Positions 51,617 to 60,078 of a stretch of DNA of 64,000 nt are shown piece by piece. The DNA is taken from assembly GCF_041690455.1 (NCBI RefSeq), contig NZ_JAWLHI010000007.1, positions 1,610 through 65,609 of the forward strand, read 5' to 3'. The number at the start of each line of letters is the position of its first letter. Position 1 is the first letter of the stretch. Made by a program: the position numbers and the translations under genes. The notes beneath the pieces are model-generated. The model saw nothing but the letters and a program-made list of their open reading frames with translations. It was not told the DNA's origin and ran no database searches. Source of the stretch: Marinobacter sp. GTDB taxonomy: Bacteria; Pseudomonadota; Gammaproteobacteria; Pseudomonadales; Oleiphilaceae.

Positions 51617-52603
51617 ATGGAAGTTATTCGTGTGCTGAGAAAAGGATCTGTGGTTCTGGGAGCTTCTGCCCTTGCTGCGTGTGGCGGCGGAGGTGGGGGC
51701 AGTGATGGTGATACTGCGGTTGCGCTGACTTGTGAATCGGCTGCTCTTCCAGTGTACGAGCTTATGCTGGATTCGAATAAATATTCAGGTCAGGAAGTTA
51801 CGATAATTAATGCTGATGATGTCGCGAACATGCTGGGCATCTATGGTGATGTTGAGGTTGGAACAGCTCTTATCAATAACGTCCGAACAGCATTAACGAA
51901 TCAGAGTGGTGATAAGCCTGTTTGCGTAAACGAAGAGGAAGGTGGCACGGCAACCCTGAGTGTTTCCGGTTCCGGAAGCAAGGTCGAAGAGCGTTGGGTT
52001 TTTAACAGTTGCGTTGTGAGTACTTCAGACTTTGGGCAGGTCAGTCTCTCCGGAACCTACCGAAACGGCGAAGAGATTACAGACAAGACCAGCAAAGTCC
52101 GAAGAGGTGAAGAATTTCAAATCTACGAAGATTTACAAGGTAAAATTGTCGACCCCCAAACCGCAACGCCTTTCACGATAAACGGTCAGTCATCCGTGGT
52201 TTTTGAGGTTGAATTGGCCTCGGGCGATGGCTGTGTGAAGGAGAACGTTTCGGGCCTGGAATTTCAGTCGTTTGACGGGGATTACGTTGCGCTTACGGGG
52301 TCCGAAACCTTTCTGAAAAAATCCGGATCGATGACGGAGATCAGAATTAAAGGAACTCTCGTTGGCTCCTCCGTTGGCGGTTACCTCGAAGTGTCAGCAC
52401 CGGAGCCCGTTGTCTTTGCAGATTCTCAAAAATGTCCTCAGGAAGGCATCATCAGAGTCTTAAGTGACGGAGAAGCTCGAGTCCTTTATGGCGACAGCGC
52501 CGGCGGGACGGCAACGGGTGTGGCGGTATGGATTAACAATCAATTAGAACAGAGTTATGACGACTGCCAGAAAATTGGCGTGGCGCCTCTCTCTGCTGAT
52601 TAA
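51617..52603 (+). CDS. Hypothetical lipoprotein
   Basis: GGAGG RBS; lipobox LAAC followed by GGGGGGS; six further Cys; beta-rich sequence. Confidence 0.75.
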   Translation: MEVIRVLRKGSVVLGASALAACGGGGGGSDGDTAVALTCESAALPVYELMLDSNKYSGQEVTIINADDVANMLGIYGDVEVGTALINNVRTALTNQSGDKPVCVNEEEGGTATLSVSGSGSKVEERWVFNSCVVSTSDFGQVSLSGTYRNGEEITDKTSKVRRGEEFQIYEDLQGKIVDPQTATPFTINGQSSVVFEVELASGDGCVKENVSGLEFQSFDGDYVALTGSETFLKKSGSMTEIRIKGTLVGSSVGGYLEVSAPEPVVFADSQKCPQEGIIRVLSDGEARVLYGDSAGGTATGVAVWINNQLEQSYDDCQKIGVAPLSAD

Positions 52604-52623
52604 CTGAAAAGGAATTCGATACT

Positions 52624-53232
52624 ATGAAAACCAGAACCCTTTTGCTGGGCATTACGGCCGGCTTTATATACGCCTCCGGCGCTCAGGCAGTGGAGTTCTA
52701 TCCCGGGTATTTTGGTATCTCTGTCGGCCAGGCTGAAGTCGATGATTTCTGCTCGGGCGCCGAAATCTCCTCATGCGATGATAGTTCTGTGACGGGCCGT
52801 ATCTATGGCGGAACAGAGTACATTGGATTCGCAAACTTCGAATTCGGCTATCGTTACATCGATGAGGTGTCCGCGTCCGGGACAGTTGAGGGCCTCGGCT
52901 TTGCTTCCGCCGAGGTCGACGGCCACTTTTTCGATGCGACCCTACAACTGGGAATGCCAAGAACGGGCCGTTTCAAGGTGTTTGCCAAAGCAGGCGCCAT
53001 GTTCTGGCAGCTGAACTATGAAGCTACGGCGCAGACCATCGCGGGTAATCTTCGCTTCAGCGATGACGACACCGGCGTATCGCTCAGAACCGGCCTCGGT
53101 GCCAGTTTCAATGTCTCCGACAATTTCCGTGTAAGAGCCGACTGGGACTTTCTCATGGATGTTGGTGATGAAGACGAAACTGGTGAGTTCGACATCAACG
53201 TCTTCAGTATCGGCCCGGAGTTCTTGTTCTGA
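52624..53232 (+). CDS. Outer-membrane beta-barrel protein (OmpA-TM-like)
   Basis: Signal peptide ending AQA; alternating beta-strand pattern; C-terminal Phe. Confidence 0.8.
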   Translation: MKTRTLLLGITAGFIYASGAQAVEFYPGYFGISVGQAEVDDFCSGAEISSCDDSSVTGRIYGGTEYIGFANFEFGYRYIDEVSASGTVEGLGFASAEVDGHFFDATLQLGMPRTGRFKVFAKAGAMFWQLNYEATAQTIAGNLRFSDDDTGVSLRTGLGASFNVSDNFRVRADWDFLMDVGDEDETGEFDINVFSIGPEFLF

Positions 53233-53241
53233 CGTGAAAAT

Positions 53242-53271
53242 GGGGTCAGATGAAAGCGTTCATCTGACCCC
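53242..53271. repeat. Perfect palindrome (REP-like or terminator)
   Basis: GGGGTCAGATGA-aagcgt-TCATCTGACCCC, without a U-tract. Confidence 0.6.
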
Positions 53272-53403
53272 GCCTTCTCCGACTTTTCCGCTTTCTTCTG
53301 CAGCCCAAAGCTCCCGCCAATCATAGAGTTGTGCATTTTTCTTCAGGTACGGGTAACCTTGATTGCGTGTTGAGAGAGCATGCATTCGGACAGGGGAATA
53401 TTT

Positions 53404-54525
53404 GTGCCCAGATTTCTTCATACCGCGGACTGGCAGATGGGCCGGTCGTTCAGTCGTTTTGAAACGGAAGATGGCGCTGCGCTGGTAGAGGCCCGTTACG
53501 CAGCCATCGAAAGGCTGGCACAACTGGCTGTCGAGCAGGAATGCGATGCAGTGCTGGTGGCGGGCGATGTGTTCGATGCCCAGGGAGTATCCGACCGGAC
53601 TATCCGCCGGGTATTCAATGCCACCAGTGCGTTCAAGGGCCCCTGGGTCATGCTCCCCGGTAACCACGATGCGGCCCTTGCCGAGAGCGTCTGGACCCGG
53701 GCCCAACGTTTGAAGGCAGTACCCGATAACATTCAGCTGGCGCTTGAGCCGGATGTGATCCTGCTGAAAGAGCAGGGCATCGCAGTGCTCAGCGCACCGC
53801 TGACCCAGCGCCATACCTATAGTGACCTGACCGAAGACTTCAGCGAGCGTGAGACACCCGCCGGCCTTGTTCGGGTGGGGCTTGCCCATGGCAGTGTTCA
53901 GGGTGTCCTCCCGGATGAAGTGGACGCGACCAATCCGATTGCTCCGGACAGGGCGGAGCAGGCCAACCTTGATTACCTGGCTCTGGGCGATTGGCATGGC
54001 GCCAAGCAGATCAATGAGCGAACCTGGTACAGCGGTACGCCAGAACCGGAACGCTTCCGGAACAACGAAGCAGGCTATGCCCTGGTTGTCGATATCTCCG
54101 AGCCCGGCGCGGTGCCTGAGATCAGGAACGTTGATACCGCCCGTTATCGTTGGCATCAGTGGCGGGAAACGCTATCTGTGCCCTCGGACCTGGACGGGTT
54201 GATCCAGCGTATGGAAGAGCTTCTGGAAGCGTCGGTTCTGGATATCCGCCTCGATGGCGCGATTACCCTGGATGGCCTGCAGCGTCTTGATCACGCGCTT
54301 TCGTTGGCGGAGGCTCGGTTCCGAAGCGTCAGGTGTGACCGGGCTGACCTCCAGCTCGAACCCACGGAAGACGATATCGCGGCGCTCAACGCCGATGGCT
54401 ACCTGGGGGAAACCATTGAGGAATTGAGGCAGCTCCAACTGGGAGGCAGTCCCGAACCGGCAAGGGATGCGCTGGCGATCCTTACGGGCCTGCTCACCAG
54501 CGGTAAGCAGGAGGTAAACCAGTGA
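53404..54525 (+). CDS. SbcD/Mre11-like metallophosphoesterase nuclease (YhaO-type)
   Basis: FLHTADWQMG, VAGDVFD, PGNHD, AHGS, ALGDWHG, YSGTPEP. Confidence 0.9.
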   Translation: MPRFLHTADWQMGRSFSRFETEDGAALVEARYAAIERLAQLAVEQECDAVLVAGDVFDAQGVSDRTIRRVFNATSAFKGPWVMLPGNHDAALAESVWTRAQRLKAVPDNIQLALEPDVILLKEQGIAVLSAPLTQRHTYSDLTEDFSERETPAGLVRVGLAHGSVQGVLPDEVDATNPIAPDRAEQANLDYLALGDWHGAKQINERTWYSGTPEPERFRNNEAGYALVVDISEPGAVPEIRNVDTARYRWHQWRETLSVPSDLDGLIQRMEELLEASVLDIRLDGAITLDGLQRLDHALSLAEARFRSVRCDRADLQLEPTEDDIAALNADGYLGETIEELRQLQLGGSPEPARDALAILTGLLTSGKQEVNQ

Positions 54526-57170
54526 GACTCGAAAGACTGAGGATCGAACAGGTTCGCCAATTCCGGAATCCGATTGCCCTTGAAGGGCTCCAGCCAGGTA
54601 TCAATTTGATCCACGGCCCGAACGAATCCGGCAAAAGCACCCTGGTGCGAGCCATCCGGGCCGCCTTTTTTGAACGCCACCGCTCCAAATCCGTTGAAGA
54701 TCTGCGTCCCTGGGGCGACTCTGCAGCGGCCCCGTCGATTGAACTGGGTTTCGAGCACGGCGGCCACCAGTGGTCACTGACCAAAAGTTTCCTCCAGCGA
54801 AAGCGTTGTGATCTGCAGGTTGATGGCCAGAGTTTCAGTGGTGAAGAAGCCGAAGAGAAACTTGCGGAGTTGCTGGGTTATCAGTTCCCCAAGAAAGGTG
54901 CGAGCAAGGAGGAGCACTGGGGTATCCCTGGGTTGCTCTGGGTCGAGCAGGGTACCGGCCAGGATATCGAAAAGGCTGTTGAACACGCCGGAGATCACCT
55001 GAAATCCGCCCTCAACAATCTGGTTGGTGAAGTGGCCAGCACCGGCGGCGATGAGGTTATCCAGGCCGTGGAGAAGCAGCGGGCAGAGCTGCTTACCGGA
55101 ACCGGAAAACCCCGGGGGGAATACCTGCAGCTTGAAAAGGATCGTGCTGCACTGGAGGCCGAGATTGCCGAGCTGCAAGCCCGGATCGAGCAATACCAGG
55201 CCCAGGTGGATCGCCTTGGCACACTGACGGCGGAGTTTGAGCGAGCGAACCGTGACCGGCCCTGGGAAGAGGCCCGCCACAGGATGGAGGAGGCCCAGGA
55301 GAAATTCCGTCAGGTCGAGTCACTTCAGGCGCAACAGGTGAGAGAGCGGGAGACCCTCGATCATGTACGCCAGAATCTGAATTTACTCCGTCAGAACCTG
55401 GAGCAGATGAAAAGTCAGGGCAAGAAACTGGCGCAACGGGAAACCGATCTCCGTAAGGCCCAAGAGACCCTGGCCGAGGAAGAGGCTCGAACCCCTGCTC
55501 TCGACAAGGCTCTTGCGGATGCGCGTGGCGACTATGACGCGGCGATCAAAACCGTCGAACAGGCCCGTCAGCTGGAAACTCTGAGTAGGCTGAAGCAGGA
55601 AGTTACCCGGCTGGATAGCCAGTACAAAACACTCCGGCAAAATCTGGACAAGGCCACAGATTTCCAGCAAAAACTGGACGAGGCCAGTAAACAGAAGCAG
55701 GAGAACAGGATTGATCCGGATTTGGTGCAACACGCCAGGGTTACCCAACGCCAGCTTGACGAAGAAGCAATCAGGTCCCAGACCATAGCCACACGCCTTA
55801 CCTGGAAGCTGGAGCAGGGACATAGTCTGCATCTCAGCGAGGAGAGCATCGAGGGGGAGGGTGAACGTCGCCTCCTGGAGGAGACCACATTGGAGATTCC
55901 CGGTGTGGGGCGCCTCGGAATTACGCCGGGGGGTGAAGATCTGGCGAGCGTCCGCCGAACACTGGCGCATCTTGAACAAACCCTTGGCGAACATCTTCGG
56001 GCACTCGGTGTAAGTAGCGTTGAAGACGCGGAACAGAAGCTGGCGCGGTTTCGGGACGCGGAGAACAGGCTGAAGCACACCGAGGACCTGTTGGTGTCGG
56101 TTGCGCCCCAGGGGCTGGAACGTCTTCGGACTGAAACCCGGGATACCCTGGCAGACCTGGAGGCTCGAAAAGGGGAACTCGAAACATTGCTGAAGTCAGC
56201 GGGAACGACTGGCGCCGATCTCCCGAGCCTCGCTGAGGCCGAAAGGGCAAGGAAAAATGCGGAGCAGCGTCTTTCAGAAGCTGAAACTGCCCGAAGCAAA
56301 CACCAGACGGCCATCCTGACCGCCAGGCAGCATGTTGCGAACGCCAATCGGGAATGGCAGCAGCTCAGGGAGGAACTGCACAATTCCGAGAGCCAGCGCC
56401 AGTTTCGTGAACTTGCCGACAAGATCTCGGAATCGGAGAAGCGGGAAGCGACAGTGCTGGGGAACCTGGAAGCACTGGACAAAAAGATCCGTGAGGCCCG
56501 GCCGGAGCTGCTTCAACAGGACATCCAGCGCTTCCGGCAGGCGGCGGAAACACAGCAGAAAGCCCAGGAAAACCGGGAGCGGGAACTTCGGGATACCCGG
56601 GTCCGGCTGGAAGCCTGGGGAGCAGAAGGTCTTGAGGAACAGCTCAGTGAGAAATCCGGGGATTTTGAGCATATCAACCGCCGGTATGGCGAGCTGCACC
56701 GGCGTGCCGAGGCACTTGATCTGCTGTTGAATGTGCTCACTCGCAAACGCCAGGCATTGACCCGTCGTCTGCAGGCACCATTGCAGAAGCACCTGGATCA
56801 TTACCTTTCAGTACTTTTCCCGGAGGCAACACTGGAGGTGGACGAGCATCTCATGCCGGGCAGGTTTACCCGTGGAAATGAGCTGGGACAGATGACGGAA
56901 CTGAGTTTCGGGGCACGGGAGCAAATGGGGCTGATCAGCCGGTTGGCGTATGCGGACCTGTTACAGGAAGCGGGGCGACCGACGCTGATTATCCTGGACG
57001 ATACCCTGGTGCACTCCGATGCGGAGCGGCTGGATGGAATGAAACGGATTCTGTTCGATGCGGCGCAGCGGCATCAGATTCTGTTGTTCACCTGCCACCC
57101 GGAAAACTGGCAGGATCTGGGTGTCGAGCCCAGGGATCTGCAGGCGCTGAAGAGCCAGGCAGTCCCCTGA
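54522..57170 (+). CDS. SbcC/Rad50-like coiled-coil ATPase (YhaN/AAA_27-type)
   Basis: Walker A GPNESGKST, long coiled coil, signature LSFGAREQ, Walker B ILDDTLVHSD, H-loop FTCH; GTGA overlap with the nuclease gene. Confidence 0.88.
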   Translation: MRLERLRIEQVRQFRNPIALEGLQPGINLIHGPNESGKSTLVRAIRAAFFERHRSKSVEDLRPWGDSAAAPSIELGFEHGGHQWSLTKSFLQRKRCDLQVDGQSFSGEEAEEKLAELLGYQFPKKGASKEEHWGIPGLLWVEQGTGQDIEKAVEHAGDHLKSALNNLVGEVASTGGDEVIQAVEKQRAELLTGTGKPRGEYLQLEKDRAALEAEIAELQARIEQYQAQVDRLGTLTAEFERANRDRPWEEARHRMEEAQEKFRQVESLQAQQVRERETLDHVRQNLNLLRQNLEQMKSQGKKLAQRETDLRKAQETLAEEEARTPALDKALADARGDYDAAIKTVEQARQLETLSRLKQEVTRLDSQYKTLRQNLDKATDFQQKLDEASKQKQENRIDPDLVQHARVTQRQLDEEAIRSQTIATRLTWKLEQGHSLHLSEESIEGEGERRLLEETTLEIPGVGRLGITPGGEDLASVRRTLAHLEQTLGEHLRALGVSSVEDAEQKLARFRDAENRLKHTEDLLVSVAPQGLERLRTETRDTLADLEARKGELETLLKSAGTTGADLPSLAEAERARKNAEQRLSEAETARSKHQTAILTARQHVANANREWQQLREELHNSESQRQFRELADKISESEKREATVLGNLEALDKKIREARPELLQQDIQRFRQAAETQQKAQENRERELRDTRVRLEAWGAEGLEEQLSEKSGDFEHINRRYGELHRRAEALDLLLNVLTRKRQALTRRLQAPLQKHLDHYLSVLFPEATLEVDEHLMPGRFTRGNELGQMTELSFGAREQMGLISRLAYADLLQEAGRPTLIILDDTLVHSDAERLDGMKRILFDAAQRHQILLFTCHPENWQDLGVEPRDLQALKSQAVP

Positions 57171-57173
57171 AAA

Positions 57174-57204
57174 CGAAAAAAGGCAGCCGAAGCTGCCTTT
57201 TTCG
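57174..57204. terminator. Bidirectional intrinsic terminator
   Basis: CGAAAAAAGGCAGC-cgaa-GCTGCCTTTTTCG between convergent genes. Confidence 0.8.
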
Positions 57205-57219
57205 TGTCTTGGCTGTTAT

Positions 57220-57426
57220 TTACAGACCAATCACGTTTTCCGCCTGGGGACCTTTCTGGCCCTGGGTAACGGTGAACTCGACCTGCTGGCCTTCAGCCAG
57301 AGTCTTGAAACCGCCGCCCTGAATAGCGCTGTAGTGAACGAATACGTCCGGGCCGCTTTCGCGAGTGATGAAGCCGAAGCCCTTTGATTCGTTGAAGAAC
57401 TTGACAGTGCCGGTAGTAGTAGACAT
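57220..57426 (-). CDS. cspA: Cold-shock protein (CspA family)
   Basis: [15 protein letters not shown] (RNP1), DVFVHYSAI (RNP2), GPQAENV; paralog identity uncertain. Confidence 0.92.
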   Translation of the reverse strand: MSTTTGTVKFFNESKGFGFITRESGPDVFVHYSAIQGGGFKTLAEGQQVEFTVTQGQKGPQAENVIGL

Positions 57427-57802
57427 AGATAAAAATCCTGAATTCAATATTTTCAATGTGCCGCCAGGAATCGTTGTGATTACTGTTCAGCGTTGTGCGG
57501 GAAACAAAAAACTGGCGGAATCAAAAACAGGACTTGCTAATGCTTGGCAGTGTCTTATTTATGAAATGCTTTGCTAAATCTTTCCAACGAGGCCCACTGT
57601 ACTCCTGCTGTTACCAAAAGCCCAGCTTTTTCTCGTAGGCATTTACACGTCCTGGGGGATGGTCCCTTTTTGTTGCAAATGATAACAGTTGCATACACAG
57701 AAGGAGGATCATCTTACAAAATACCGTCAATATCGCCTTGCTGACCGGCAGAGTCCGAACCACATTTAAGGCGTATCAACACTGAACAAGGATGTAGTAC
57801 TG

Positions 57803-58588
57803 ATGATCAAGCTACAGCAATCTGTGGTTCTCTGCATACTTCTGTTGATCTCCGGTTTTCTGCAAGCGGAAGAAGGGTTCCCCGGAAGAAAGCTCTATCC
57901 CACGGTTGGTACCATTGAGTTGGATGAACTCCGGCAGCAACTGGACGAACTGACCGTTGTGGATGTCCGCTCCCGATTCGAATACGACACGCTCCACATA
58001 GCCGGTGCCCACCATGTTGCCCTCTCGGACCGGGATTTCGCTACCCGGGTTGCGAGCTTGGAAGCTGAATCCGGAAAACCCCTGGTCTTTTACTGTAACG
58101 GCCGAACCTGCGAAAAATCCTACCGGGCGGTGGCCAAGACAGAGCATGAAAGCACTTCAGCGCCTCGGTCTTTCGATGCCGGAATCTTCGATTGGGCCCG
58201 CGCCAATCCGGACCGTACCGTTCTGCTCGGCCAGCCACTGGACGATGCCGGCAAACTGCTCACCCGGGAAAAATTCGAGGCCCACCTGTTGCCGCCCGAT
58301 CAGTTCGGCCGCGAACTCCAGGCAGCCGGCTTTGCGGTCGATGCCCGAGATTCCAAGGAGCGGGCCGGGCTGGCACTTTTTATGGGCTGGGAGAAACGAA
58401 TTCCTTTCGACAACCGCGAGAAATGGGACCGACTGCTTTCCGAACGCACTGATAACAACAAGCCCTTGTTGATCTACGATGCGGTGGGCAAGCAGGTGCA
58501 GTGGTTGCAGTACTTCCTGGAAGCCAGGGGAGTGCAGAACTATTACTTCATGGCCGGCGGTGCTAAAGCCTTTTTCGATACCCTGTGA
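57803..58588 (+). CDS. Exported tandem rhodanese-like protein
   Basis: Signal peptide; VDVRS.FEY..LHIAGA, FYCNGRTCEKS; second domain (VDARD..YDAVG) lacks the catalytic Cys. Confidence 0.78.
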   Translation: MIKLQQSVVLCILLLISGFLQAEEGFPGRKLYPTVGTIELDELRQQLDELTVVDVRSRFEYDTLHIAGAHHVALSDRDFATRVASLEAESGKPLVFYCNGRTCEKSYRAVAKTEHESTSAPRSFDAGIFDWARANPDRTVLLGQPLDDAGKLLTREKFEAHLLPPDQFGRELQAAGFAVDARDSKERAGLALFMGWEKRIPFDNREKWDRLLSERTDNNKPLLIYDAVGKQVQWLQYFLEARGVQNYYFMAGGAKAFFDTL

Positions 58589-58711
58589 CACTTTTCCGGC
58601 TGTTTATTCTCTGTGCCAGATTGTGCGCCGTGCTGGTTCTGGCACCAGTTCGGCTCGGCGCACAAACTTTAACCAACAAATCCCTATAAAACAGAAACTT
58701 GAAAAAAAGTA

Positions 58712-58739
58712 TTGACGCCGGAACCGTAATCCGTAGAAT
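58712..58739 (+). promoter_or_regulatory. Sigma70 promoter of the tRNA-Gly/Cys operon
   Basis: TTGACG-16 nt-TAGAAT, A-rich UP element upstream, GC-rich discriminator. Confidence 0.75.
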
Positions 58740-58776
58740 ACGCAGCCGTTGACGAGGCAACGCCTCTGAAGACAGA

Positions 58777-58852
58777 GCGGGAATAGCTCAGTTGGTAGAG
58801 CACAACCTTGCCAAGGTTGGGGTCGCGAGTTCGAATCTCGTTTCCCGCTCCA
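58777..58852 (+). tRNA. tRNA-Gly (GCC)
   Basis: GCGGGAA/TTCCCGC acceptor stem, CAACC-TTGCCAA-GGTTG anticodon arm, GTTCGAATC, CCA; 76 nt. Confidence 0.98.
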
Positions 58853-58939
58853 ATTTCTCTCCGGTCAGCCGGTTGGAAATCACAATTCAAGTCTCTCAAT
58901 GCCTCCTGAGAGCAAAAGCCAGCATCACAGGCTTTCCCC

Positions 58940-59013
58940 GGCGCGGTGGCAGAGTGGTTATGCAGCGGACTGCAACTCCGTGTACGCCGGTTCGATTCCG
59001 ACCCGCGCCTCCA
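58940..59013 (+). tRNA. tRNA-Cys (GCA)
   Basis: GGCGCGG/CCGCGCC acceptor stem, GCGGA-CTGCAAC-TCCGT anticodon arm, GTTCGATTC, TCCA; 74 nt. Confidence 0.98.
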
Positions 59014-59120
59014 TTTTTACCCTTTAAAATCAACAAATTACTTTATCCCCATTTAGTTGATTTTCTCACCCAAAAAATATCCAAATTAAACCCAAAATAT
59101 TATCCGCTTCAATCCGTGGC
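59014..59120. mobile_element. Probable genomic-island junction at the tRNA-Cys 3' end
   Basis: Abrupt AT-rich tract with an inverted repeat (AAAATCAAC/GTTGATTTT) and ACCCAAAA direct repeats, followed by defence genes. No integrase seen. Confidence 0.55.
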
Positions 59121-59166
59121 ATAAGAGCGGACAAGTGAATGTGCAGGGCATCTTGAGCAAGCGTGA

Positions 59167-60078
59167 TTAGTTGTCTGTTGTGACCAAAAACACAGCCTCT
59201 TGCTCTAACGCCTTACCGCTCAGCTTAAGCGCCTCAATCAGCTCCAGCACCTCATCCGGTTCCTGATCCAAATTTAAACTTTCCTCGGCATTGGCTACAT
59301 ATTTAAGATTATTTCGCCATACCTCAGAATTGCCATAGCGCTCCAGTTTGCGTTTCCAGTCAGGCATTAGCCATAGTTCGGCGTCCTCACCCAGCGCTTT
59401 GCGCAGGCGGGCATAGTTCTCTAGTCCGACGCCATCGTAGTCTGGAAACATGAGAATCCGTGGACTTCGTTTTTTCCCGCATAGCCACTCTATCAGTCGT
59501 TCACTGAGCTGGCCCTGATAATAGAGTACAGATCCGTGCAAGTCTTCGGGCACCCAGCTGGTGTCATCCAGCAACCCCTGGTTCTCCACCAGCCACAAGG
59601 GGCTGTCGGTGGCCAGAGGCGTTTCATTCTGGCTGATATCGATGGCGAGGGCGCCGGCGATGGATGTCAGCTGCCATAGGTCGAGCAACTCTCCATCACG
59701 ATTCCAGATTACGCCCGGTATTGTTGCCTTCAGTAGTCGGTAAGAAGCTGCGTGTGAACTCTTTCGACCTTTGGTGGACCGGGTAAGCGCGAGGTTTTGT
59801 GCCCGAACTGGATCCGCCTGGTTGGCTGAATTTACATCGGGCCGCAACTCCCGAAGGTGTTGCTCAAAAACCGGTGAGTTGCTGACGCGATAAACGAAGC
59901 CATTGCCCCGACGCAGCTTGGTGACACATGCGGTTCTGCCGAGAAACTCCTCAAGAACGCGCTTCTGTGAGGGGGTGAACCGTGATCCAAGACATTCTCC
60001 ATCGGAATCCTCAAGTTTAATCAATGCTTCTCTGAGTGACCTGTTCATTGATGAAAGCTCATACCTCGACAGCTTCAA
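59167..60078 (-). CDS. jetD: Wadjet toprim nuclease JetD/MksG-like (start 60078 or 60048)
   Basis: LVENQ, Y..G and FPDYDGVGL..Y toprim (DUF2220-like) motifs; last gene of the condensin operon. Confidence 0.75.
   Translation of the reverse strand: MKLSRYELSSMNRSLREALIKLEDSDGECLGSRFTPSQKRVLEEFLGRTACVTKLRRGNGFVYRVSNSPVFEQHLRELRPDVNSANQADPVRAQNLALTRSTKGRKSSHAASYRLLKATIPGVIWNRDGELLDLWQLTSIAGALAIDISQNETPLATDSPLWLVENQGLLDDTSWVPEDLHGSVLYYQGQLSERLIEWLCGKKRSPRILMFPDYDGVGLENYARLRKALGEDAELWLMPDWKRKLERYGNSEVWRNNLKYVANAEESLNLDQEPDEVLELIEALKLSGKALEQEAVFLVTTDN

Noticed and set aside
58621-58665. Extended hairpin TTGTGCGCCG...CGGCGCACAA as a small RNA
   Set aside because: Most simply the terminator of the upstream rhodanese gene; no promoter evidence.
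58792-59124. 110-aa ORF over tRNA-Gly/Cys
   Set aside because: It is a translation of tRNA genes.
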